A stretch of DNA of 64,000 nucleotides from the NCBI RefSeq assembly GCF_036321535.1, contig NC_087436.1:2976001-3040000 (forward strand), read 5' to 3'. This document shows positions 1-11,500 of this stretch, in pieces. How positions within the stretch are numbered: position 1 is the first letter of the stretch; each line of letters starts with the position of its first letter. Origin of the DNA: Camelus dromedarius. Taxonomy: Eukaryota. The notes under the pieces are model-generated. The model was given only the letters and a program-made list of their open reading frames with translations, made no database searches and was not told the origin of the DNA. A program made the position numbers and the translations under genes.

Positions 1-2900
1 AGGAAGGCATTCACACACAGTTAACTCTCAGAATTGAGCATGTGGAGAGACGTTCGTTCATCTAGCACAAAGGAAACTTGTTGCAGTGGAAACTTTATTT
101 GTGGTTTCTCAGTCTGTTTCTTTGTACCGGTTTGAAGTTCCTTAATTTTCACTGTAAAACCGAGTTGGAGCTAGTACATCCCCATATATATGTATGGAGT
201 GGAGTTTGCAAATGAAAAGAAACCTTGTGTTCCCAAGAATCTTTGTGAAAGACGGCTTTCACACACACTTATCTCTCAGAACTGAGCATGTGGAGAGACG
301 TTCATTCATCTAGCACAAAGAGAACGGGGTGCAGGAGAAACTTTTACTCTGGTTTCTCAGTCTATTTCCTAGTGCCGGTTTGAAGTTCCTGCAGGTTTCA
401 CTGTAAAACCGAGTTGGAGCTAGTACCACCCCATATATATGTATGGAGTGGAGTTTGCAACTGAAAAGAAGCTTTGTGTTCCAAACAAGCTAGGTGAAGG
501 ACGGCTTTCAAACACACTTATCTCTCAGAACTGAGCATGTGGAGAGACATTCGTTCATCTTGCACAAAGGGAACAGTTTGCAGGAGAAACTTTTACTCTG
601 GTTTCTCAGTCTGTTTCCTACTACCGGTTTGTTGTTCCTGCAGTTTTCACTGTAAAACCGAGTTGGAATTAGTATCTCCCCATATATATGTATGGAGTGG
701 AGTTTGCAAATGAAAAGAAACTTTGTGTTCCCAAGAAGCTATGTGAAAGTCGGCTTTCACACACACTTATCTCTCAGAACTGAGCATGTGGAGAGACTTT
801 CATTCATCTATCACAAAGAGAGCGGGTTGCAGGAGAAACTTTTACTCTGGTTTCTCAGTCTATTTCCTAGTGCCGGTTGGAAGTTCCCGCAGTTTTCACT
901 GTAAAACCGAGTTGGAGCTAGTACCTCCCCATATATAAGTTTGGAGTGGAGTTTGCAACTGAAAAGAAACTTTGTGTTCCCAACAAGCTAGTTGAAGGAC
1001 GGCATTCACACAAAATTATCTCTCAGAACTGAGCATGTGGAGAGACGTTCGTTCATCTTGCAAAAAGGGAACTGTTTGCAGGAGAAATTTTACTCTGGTT
1101 TCTCAGTCTGTTTCCTAGAACCGGTTTGATTTTCCTGCAGTTTTCACTGTAAAACCGAGTTGGAGCTAGTACCTCCCCATATATATGTATGGAGTAGAGT
1201 ATGCCAATGAAAAGAATCTTTGTGTTCCCAAGAAGCTTTGCGAAAGACGGCTTTCACACACACTTATCTCTCAGAACTGAGCATGTGGAGAGACATTCAT
1301 TCATCTAGCACAAAGAGAACGTGTTGCAGGAGAAACTTTTACTCTGGTTTCTCAGTCTATTTCCTAGTGCCGGTTTGAAGTTCCTGCAGGTTTCACTGTA
1401 AAACCGAGTTGGAGCTAGTACCTCCCCATATATATGTATGGATTGGAGTTTGCAACTGAAAAGAAACTTTGTGTTCCCAACAAGCTAGTTGAAGGACGGC
1501 TTTCACACAAAATTATCTCTCAGAACTGAGCATGTGGAGAGACGTTCGTTCATCTAGCACTAAGGAAACGGTTTGCAGGAGAAACTTTTACTCTGGGTTC
1601 TCATTCTGTTTCCTAGTGCCAGTTTGAAGTTCCTGCAGTTTTTACTGTAAATACGAGTTGGAGCTTGTACATTCCCATATATAAGTATGGATTGGGGTTT
1701 GCAACTGAAAAGAAACTTTGTGTTCCATACAAGCTAGGTGAAGGAAGGCATTCACACACAGTTAACTCTCAGAATTGAGCATGTGGAGAGACGTTCGTTC
1801 ATCTAGCACAAAGGAAACTTGTTGCAGTGGAAACTTTATTTGTGGTTTCTCAGTCTGTTTCTTTGTACCGGTTTGAAGTTCCTTAATTTTCACTGTAAAA
1901 CCGAGTTGGATCTAGTACATCCCCATATATATGTATGGAGTGGAGTTTGCAAATGAAAAGAAACCTTGTGTTCCCAAGAATCTTTGTGAAAGACGGCTTT
2001 CACACACACTTATCTCTCAGAACTGAGCATGTGGAGAGACGTTCATTCATCTAGCACAAAGAGAACAGGGTGCAGGAGAAACTTTTACTCTGGTTTCTCA
2101 GTCTATTTCCTAGTGCCGGTTTGAAGTTCCTGCAGGTTTCACTGTAAAACCGAGTTGGAGCTAGTACCTCCCCATATATATGTATGGAGTGGAGTTTGCA
2201 ACTGAAAAGAATCTTTGTGTTCCCAACAAGCTAGGTGAAGGACGGCTTTCACACACAATTATCTCTCAGAACTGAGCATGTGGAGAGACGTTCGTTCATC
2301 TAGCACAAAGGAAACTTGTTGCAGTGGAAACTTTATTTCTGGTTTCTCAGTCTGTTTCCAAGTACCGGTTTCCTTAATTTTCACTGTAAAACCGAGTTGG
2401 AGCTAGTACATTCCCATATATATGTATGGAGTGGAGTTTGCAACTGAAAAGAAGCTTTGTGTTCCAAACAAGCTAGGTGAAGGACGGCTTTCAAACACAC
2501 TTATCTCTCAGAACTGTGCATGTGGAGAGACATTCGTTCATCTTGCACAAAGGGAACAGTTTGCAGGAGAAACTTTTACTCTGGTTTCTCAGTCTGTTTC
2601 CTACTACCGGTTTGTTGTTCCTGCAGTTTTCACTGTAAAACCGAGTTGGAATTAGTATCTCCCCATATATATGTATGGAGTGGAGTTTGCAAATGAAAAG
2701 AAACTTTGTGTTCCCAAGAAGCTATGTGAAAGTCGGCTTTCACACACACTTATCTCTCAGAACTGAGCATGTGGAGAGACTTTCATTCATCTAGCACAAA
2801 GAGAACGGGTTGCAGGAGAAACTTTTACTCTGGTTTCTCAGTCTATTTCCTAGTGCCGGTTTGAAGTTCCCGCAGTTTTCACTGTAAAACCGAGTTGGAG
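1..2900 (+). repeat. 7-monomer (1741 bp) block repeat, shifting to an 8-monomer offset after an extra monomer
   Basis: 'aggaaggcattcacacacagttaactctcagaattgagc' is at 1 and 1742 (offset 1741). 'gctttgtgttccaaacaagctaggtgaaggacggctttcaaacac' is at 471 and 2454 (offset 1983). Confidence 0.85.
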
Positions 2901-5900
2901 CTAGTACCTCCCCATATATATGTATGGAGTGGATTTTGCAATTGAAGAGAAACTTTGTGTTCCGAACAAGCTACGTGAAGGACGGCTTTCACACACACTT
3001 ATCTCTCAGAACTGAGCATGTGGAGAGACGTTCGTTCATCTATCACAAAGGAAACGGTTTGCAGGAGAAACTTTTACTCTGGTTTCTCAGTCTGTTTCCT
3101 AGTGCCAGTTTGAAGTTCCTGCAGTTTTCACTGTAAAAACGAGTTGGAGCTAGTACCTCCCCATATATAAGTTTGGAGTGGAGTTTGCAACTGAAAAGAA
3201 ACTTTGTGTTCCCAACAAGCTATGTGAAGGACGGCTTTCACACACAGTTAACTCTCAGAAGTGAGCATGTGGTGAGACGTTCGTTCATCTAGCATAAAGG
3301 AAACGTGTTGCAGGGGAAACTTTTACTCTGGTTTCTCAGTCTGTTTCCTAGTACCGGTTTGAAGTTCCTTTATTTTTCACTGTAAAACCGAGTTGGAGCT
3401 AGTACCTCCCCATATATATGTATGGAGTGGAGTGTGCAACTGAAATGAAGCTTTGTGTTCCAAACAAGCTATGTGAAGGACGGCTTTCACACACACTTAT
3501 ATCTCAGAACTGAGCATGTGGAGAGACGTTCGTTCATCTTGTACAAAAGGAACGGTTTGCAGGAGAAATTTTACTCTGGTTTCTCAGTCTGTTTCCTAGT
3601 ACCAGTTTGTTGTTCCTGCAGTTTTCACTGTAAAACCGAGTTGGAGCTAGTACATCCCCATATATATGTATGGAGTGGGGTTTGCAAATGAAAAGAAACT
3701 TTGTGTTCCCAAGAAGCTATGTGAAAGACGGCTTTCACACACACTTATCTCTCAGAACTGAGCATGTGGAGAGACGTTCATTCATCTAGCGCAAAGAGAA
3801 AGGGTTGCAGGAGAAACTTTTACTCTGGTTTCTAAGTCTATTTCCTAGTGCCGGTTTGAAGTTCCTCCAGGTTTCACTGTAAAACCGAGTTGGAGCTAGT
3901 ACCAACCCATATATATGTATGGAGTGGAGATTGCAACTGAAAAGAAACTTTGTGTTCCAAACAAGCTAGATGAAGGACGGCTTTCACACACACTTATCTC
4001 TCAGAACTGAGCATGTGGAGAGACGTTCGTTCATCTTGCAGAAAGGGAACGGTTTGCAGGAGAAATTTTACTCTGGTTTCTCAGTCTGTTTCCTAGTACC
4101 GGTTTGTTGTTCCTGCAGTTTTCACTGTAAAACCGAGTTGGAGCTAGTACCTCCCCATATATATGTATCGAGTGGTGTTTGCAACTGAAAAGAAATTTTG
4201 TGTTCCCAACAAGCTAGGTGAAGGACGGCTTTCACACACACATATCTCTCAGAACTGAGCAAGTGGAGAGACGTTCGTTCATCTTTCACAAATTGAACGG
4301 GTTGCAATAGAATCTTTTACTCGGGTTTCTCAGTCTGTTTCCTAGTGCCGGTTTGAAATTCCTGCAGTTTTCACTGTAAAACCGAGTTGGAGATAGTACC
4401 TAACCATATATATATATGGAGTGGAGTTTGGAAGTGAAAAGAAACTTTGTGTTCCCCACAAGCTAGGTGAAGTACGGCTTTCACACACACTTATTTCTGA
4501 GAACTGACCATGTGGAGAGACGTTCGTTCATCTAGCACAAAGGGAACAGTTTGCAGGAGAAACTTTTACTCTGTTTTCTCAGTCTGTTTCCTAGTGCCTG
4601 TTTGAAGTTCCTGCAGTTTTCACTGTAAAACCGAGTTGGAGCTAGTACCTCCCCATATATTGGTATGGAGTGAAGTTTGCAACTGAAAAGAAACTTTGTG
4701 ATCCCAACAAGCTAGGTGAAGAACGGCTTTCACACACACTTATCTCTCAGAACTGAACATGTGGAGAGACATTCGTTCAACTAGCACAAATGTAACGGGG
4801 TGCAGGAGAAACTTTTACTCTGGTTTCTCAGTCTGTTTCCTAGTGCCGGTTTGAAATTCCTGCAGTTTTCACTGTAAAACCGTGTTGGAGCTAGTTCCTC
4901 CCCATATATATATAAGGATTGGAGTTTGCAAGTGAAAAGAAACTTTGTGTTCCCAACAAGCTAGTTGAAGAACGGCTTTCACACCCACTTATCTCTCAGA
5001 ACTGAGCATATGGAGAGACGTTCGTTCATCTAGCACAAAGGGAACGGTGTGCAGGAGAAACTTTACTCTGATTTCTCAGTCTGTTTCCTAGTGTCGGTTG
5101 AAGTTCCTGCAGTTTTCACTGTAAAACCTAGTTGGAGCTAGTAGCTCCCCATATATTTGTATGGAGTGGAGTTTGCAACTGAAAAGAAACTTTGTGTTCC
5201 CAACAAGCTAGTTGAAGGACGGCTTTTACACACACTTATCTCTCAGAACTGAGCTTGTGGAGAGACGTTCGTTCATCTAGCACAAAGGGAATGGGTTGCA
5301 ACAGAAACTTTTACTCTGGTTTCTCAGTCTGTTTCCTAGTGCTGGTTTGAAGTTCCTGCAGTTTTCACTGTAAAACCGAGTTGGAGCTAGTACCTCCCTA
5401 TATATAAGTATGGACTGTAGTTTACAACTGAAAAGAAACTTTGTGTTCCCAAGAAGCTAGGTGAAGGACAGCATTCACACACAGTTAAATCTCAGAACTG
5501 AGCATGTGGAGATAATTTCGTTCATCTAGCACAAAGAAACGTGTTGCAGGTGAAACTTTTACTCTGTTTTCTCAGTCTGTTTCCTAGTACCGGTTTGAAG
5601 TTCCTTTAGTTTTCACTGTAAAAACGAGTTGGAGCTAGTACTTCCCCATATATATGTATGGAATGGAGTTTGCAACTGAAAAGAAGCTTTGTGTTCCAAA
5701 CAAGCTAGGTGAAGGACGGCTTTCACACACAATTATCTCTCAGAACTGAGCATGTGGAGAGACGTTCTTTCATCTTGCACAAAGGGAACGGGTTGCAGGT
5801 GAAACTTTTACTCTGGTTTCTCAGTCTGTTTCCTAGTACCGGTTTGTTGTTCCTGCAGTTTTCTCTGTAAAACCGTGTTGGAGCTAGTACCTCCCCATAT

Positions 5901-8900
5901 ATATGTATGGAGTGAAGTTTGCAAGTGAAAAGAAAGTTTGTGTTCCCAAGAAGCTATGTGAAGTACAGCATTCACACACAGTTAACTCTCAGAACTGAGC
6001 ATGTGGAGAGACGTTCATTCATCTAGTACAAAGAGAACGGGTTGCAGGAGAAACTTTTTCTCTGGTTTCTCAGTCTGTTTCCTAGTGCCGGTTTGAAGTT
6101 CCTGCAGTTTTCACTGTAAAACGGGGTTGGAGCTAGTACCTCCCATATATTTGTATGGAGTGGAGTTTGCAACTGAAAAGAAACTTTGTGTTCCCAACAA
6201 GCTAGGTGAAGGACGGCTTTTACACACACTTATCTCTCAGAACTGAGCATGTGGAGAGACGTTCGTTCATCTAGCACAAAGGGAACGGGTTGCAACAAAA
6301 ACTTTTACTCTGGTTTCTCAGTCTGTTTCCTAGTGCCGGTTTGAATTTCCTGCAGTTTTCACTGTAAAACCGAGTTGGAGCTAGTACCTCCCCATATATA
6401 TGTATGGAGTGAAGTTTTCAAGTGAAAAGAAACTTTGTGTTCCCAACAAGCTAGGTGAAGGGCGGCTTTCACACACACATATTTCTGAGAAATGAGCATC
6501 TGGAGAGACGTTCGTTCATCTAGCACATTAGGAACAGTTTGCAGGAGAAACTTTTACTCTGGTTTCTCAGTCTGTTTGCTCGTGCCGGTTGAAGCTCCTG
6601 CAGTTTTCACTGTAAAACCGAGTTGGAGCTAGTACCTCCCCATATATATGTATGGAGTGAAGTTTTCAAGTGAAAAGAAACTTTGTGTTCCCAACAAGCT
6701 AGGTGAAGGACGGCTTTCACACACACTTATCTCTGAGAACTGAGCATGTGGAGAGACGTTCCTTCATCTAGCACAAATGGAACAGTTTGTAGGAGAAACT
6801 TTTACTCTGGTTTCTCAGTCTGTTTCCTAGTGCCTGTTTGAAGTTCCTGCAGTTTTCACTGTAAAACCGTGTTGGAATTAGTATCTCCCCATATATATGT
6901 ATGGAGTGGAGTTTGCAAATGAAAAGAATCTTTGTGTTCCCAAGAAGCTATGTGAAAGTCGGCTTTCACACACACTTATCTCTCAGAACTGAGCATGTGG
7001 AGAGACTTTCATTCATCTAGCACAAATAGAACGGGTTGCAGGAGAAACTTTTACTCTGGTTTCTCAGTCTATTTCCTAGTGCCGGTTTGAAGTTCCCGCA
7101 GTTTTCACTGTAAAACCGAGTTGGAGCTAGTACCTCCCCATATATATGTATGGAGTGGATTTTGCAATTGAAGAGAAACTTTGTGTTCCGAACAAGCTAG
7201 GTGAAGGACGGCTTTCACACACAGTTAACTCTCAGAAGTGAGCATGTGGTGAGACGTTCGTTCATCTAGCATAAAGGAAACGTGTTGCAGGGAAACTTTT
7301 ACTCTGGTTTCTCAGTCTGTTTCCTAGTACCGGTTTGAAGTTCCTTTATTTTTCACTGTAAAACCGAGTTGGAGCTAGTACCTCCCCATATATATGTATG
7401 GAGTGGAGTGTGCAACTGAAATGAAGCTTTGTGTTCCAAACAAGCTATGTGAAGGACGGCTTTCACACACACTTATATCTCAGAACTGAGCATGTGGAGA
7501 GACGTTCGTTCATCTTGTACAAAAGGAACGGTTTGCAGGAGATATTTTACTCTGGTTTCTCAGTCTGTTTCCTAGTACCAGTTTGTTGTTCCTGCAGTTT
7601 TCACTGTAAAACCGAGTTGGAGCTAGTACATCCCCATATATATGTATGGAGTGGGGTTTGCAAATGAAAAGAAACTTTGTGTTCCCAAGAAGCTATGTGA
7701 AAGACGGCTTTCACACACACTTATCTCTCAGAACTGAGCATATGGAGAGACGTTCATTCATCTAGCGCAAAGAGAAAGGGTTGCAGGAGAAACTTTTACT
7801 CTGGTTTATAAGTCTATTTCCTAGTGCCGGTTTGAAGTTCCTCCAGGTTTCACTGTAAAACCGAGTTGGAGCTAGTACCAACCCATATATATGTATGGAG
7901 TGGAGATTGCAACTGAAAAGAAACTTTGTGTTCCAAACAAGCTAGATGAAGGACGGCTTTCACACACACTTATCTCTCAGAACTGAGCATGTGGAGAGAC
8001 GTTCGTTCATCTTGCAGAAAGTGAACGGTTTGCAGGAGAAATTTTACTCTGGTTTCTCAGTCTGTTTCCTAGTACCGGTTTGTTGTTCCTGCAGTTTTCA
8101 CTGTAAAACCGAGTTGGAGCTAGTACCTCCCCATATATATGTATGGAGTGGAGTTTGCAACTGTAAAGAAACTTTGTGTTCCAAACAAGCTAGATGAAGG
8201 ACGGCTTTCACACACACTTATCTCTCAGAACTGAGCATGTGGAGAGACGTTCGTTAATCTAGCACAAAGGGAACAGGTTGCAGGGGAAACTTTTACTCTG
8301 GTTTCTCAGTCTGTTTCCTGTTGCCGTTTTGAAGTTCCTGCAGGTTTCTCTGTAAAACAGAGTTGGAGCTAGTACCTCCCCATATATATGTATGGAGTGG
8401 AGTTTGCAACTGAAAATAAACTTTCTGTTCCCAACAATCTAGGTGAAGGACGGCTTTCACACACACTTATCTCTCAGAAATGAGCATGTGGAGAGACGTT
8501 CGTTCATCTAGCACAAAGGGAACGGGTTGCAGGAGAAAATTTTACTCTGGATTCTCAGTCTGTTTCCTAGTGCCGGTTTGAAGTTCCTGCAGTTTTCACT
8601 GTAAAACCGAGTTGGAGCTAGTACCTCCCCATATATATGTATGGAGTGGAGTTTGCAAGTGAAAAGAAATTTTGTGTTCCCAACATGCTAGGTGAAGGAC
8701 GGCTTTCACACACACTTATCTCTCAGAACTGAGCATGTGGAGAGACGTTCGTTCATCTAGCACAAAGTGAACGGTTTGCAACAGAAACTTTTACTATGGT
8801 TTCTCAGTCTGTTTCCTAGTGCCGGTTTGAAGTTCCTGCAGTTTGCACTGTAAAAAAGGGTTGGAGCTAGTACCTCCCCGTATATATGTATGGAGTGGTG

Positions 8901-11500
8901 TTTGCAACTGAAAAGAAATTTTGTGTTCCCAACAAGCTAGGTGAAGGACGGCTTTCACACACACTTATCTCTCAGAACTGAGCAAGTGGAGAGACGTTCG
9001 TTCATCTTTCACAAATTGAACGGGTTGCAACAGAATCTTTTACTCGGGTTTCTCAGTCTGTTTCCTAGTGCCGGTTTGAAATTCCTGCAGTTTTCACTGT
9101 AAAACCGATTTGGAGCTAGTACCTAACCATATATATATATGGAGTGGAGTTTGGAAGTGAAAAGAAACTTTGTGTTCCCCACAAGCTAGGTGATGTACGG
9201 CTTTCACACACACTTATCTCTGAGAACTGACCATGTGGAGAGACGTTCGTTCATCTAGCACAAAGGGAACAGTTTGCAGGAGAAACTTTTACTCTGTTTT
9301 CTCAGTCTGTTTCCTAGTGCCGGTTTGAAGTTCCTGCAGTTTTCACTGTAAAACCGAGTTGGAGCTAGTACCTCCCCATATATTGGTATGGAGTGAAGTT
9401 TGCAACTGAAAAGAAACTTTGTGATCCCAACAAGCTAGGTGAAGAACGGCTTTCACACACACTTATCTCTCAGAACTGAACATGTGGAGAGACTTTCGTT
9501 CAACTAGCACAAATGTAACGGGGTGCAGGAGAAACTTTTACTCTGGTTTCTCAGTCTGTTTCCTAGTGCCGGTTTGAAATTCCTGCAGTTTTCACTGTAA
9601 AACCGTGTTGGAGCTAGTTCCTCCCCATATATATATAAGGATTGGAGTTTGCAAGTGAAAAGAAACTTTGTGTTCCCAACAAGCTAGTTGAAGAACGGCT
9701 TTCACACCCACTTATCTCTCAGATCTGAGCATATGGAGAGACGTTCGTTCATCTAGCACAAAGGGAACGGGGTGCAGGAGAAACTTTACTCTGATTTCTC
9801 AGTCTGTTTCCTAGTGTCGGTTGAAGTTCCTGCAGTTTTCACTGTAAAACCTAGTTGGAGCTAGTAGCTCCCCATATATTTGTATGGAGTGGAGTTTGCA
9901 ACTGAAAAGAAACTTTGTGTTCCCAACAAGCTAGTTGAAGGACGGCTTTTACACACACTTATCTCTCAGAACTGAGCTTGTGGAGAGACGTTCGTTCATC
10001 TAGCACAAAGGGAACGGGTTGCAACAGAAACTTTTACTCTGGTTTCTCAGTCTGTTTCCTAGTGCTGGTTTGAAGTTCCTGCAGTTTTCACTGTAAAACC
10101 GAGTTGGAGCTAGTACCTCCCTATATATAAGTATGGACTGTAGTTTGCAACTGAAAAGAAACTTTGTGTTCCCAAGAAGCTAGGTGAAGGACAGCATTCA
10201 CACACAGTTAACTCTCAGAACTGAGCATGTGGAGAGAATTTCGTTCATCTAGCACAAAGAAACGTGTTGCAGGTGAAACTTTTACTCTGTTTTCTCAGTC
10301 TGTTTCCTAGTACCGGTTTGAAGTTCCTTTAGTTTTCACTGTAAAAACGAGTTGGAGCTAGTACTTCCCCATATATATGTATGGAATGGAGTTTGCAACT
10401 GAAAAGAAGCTTTGTGTTCCAAACAAGCTAGGTGAAGGACGGCTTTCACACACAATTATCTCTCAGAACTGAGCATGTGGAGAGACGTTCGTTCATCTTG
10501 CACAAAGGGAACGGGTTGCAGGAGAAACTTTTACTCTGGTTTCTCAGTCTGTTTCCTAGTACCGGTTTGTTGTTCCTGCAGTTTTCTCTGTAAAACCGTG
10601 TTGGAGCTAGTACCTCCCCATATATATGTATGGAGTGAAGTTTGCAAGTGAAAAGAAAGTTTGTGTTCCCAAGAAGCTATGTGAAGTACAGCATTCACAC
10701 ACAGTTAACTCTCAGAACTGAGCATGTGGAGAGACGTTCATTCATCTAATACAAAGAGAACGGGTTGCAGGAGAAACTTTTTCTCTGGTTTCTCAGTCTG
10801 TTTCCTAGTGCCGATTTGAAGTTCCTGCAGTTTTCACTGTAAAACGGGGTTGGAGCTAGTACCTCCCATACATTTGTATGGAGTGGAGTTTGCAACTGAA
10901 AAGAAACTTTGTGTTCCCAACAAGCTAGGTGAAGGACGGCTTTTACACACACTTATCTCTCAGAACTGAGCATGTGGAGAGACGTTCGTTCATCTAGCAC
11001 AAAGGGAACGGGTTGCAACAGAAACTTTTACTCTGGTTTCTCAGTCTGTTTCCTAGTGCCGGTTTGAATTTCCTGCAGTTTTCACTGTAAAACCGAGTTG
11101 GAGCTAGTACCTCCCCATATATATGTATGGAGTGAAGTTTTCAAGTGAAAAGAAACTTTGTGTTCCCAACCAGCTAGGTGAAGGGCGGCTTTCACACACA
11201 CTTATTTCTGAGATATGAGCATGTGGAGAGACGTTCGTTCATCTAGCACATTAAGAACAGTTTGCAGGAGAAACTTTTACTCTGGTTTCTCAGTCTGTTT
11301 ACTCGTGCCGGTTGAAGTTCCTGTAGTTTTCACTGTAAAACCGAGTTGGAGCTAGTACCTCCCCATATATATGTATGGAGTGAAGTTTTCAAGTGAAAAG
11401 AAACTTTGTGTTCCCAACAAGCTAGGTGAAGGACGGCTTTCACACACACTTATCTCTGAGAACTGAGCATGTGGAGAGACGTTCGTTCATCTAGCACAAA
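2640..11500 (+). repeat. Large tandem block duplication (~2640-6780 vs ~6870-11500); offset changes from 17 to 16 to 19 monomers
   Basis: 'tggagtggattttgcaattgaagagaaac' is at 2925 and 7150 (4225). Near-identical ORF frames lie at 3455/7431 and 3970/7946 (3976). 'agtggtgtttgcaactgaaaagaaattttg' is at 4171/8894, and ORFs 6023/10746 share the 4723 offset. Confidence 0.9.

Noticed and set aside
260..441. (CA)n and (TA)n microsatellites or TATA-like promoter
   Set aside because: These are 4-5 unit tracts that are fixed parts of the monomer. Nothing supports an independent microsatellite or a promoter.
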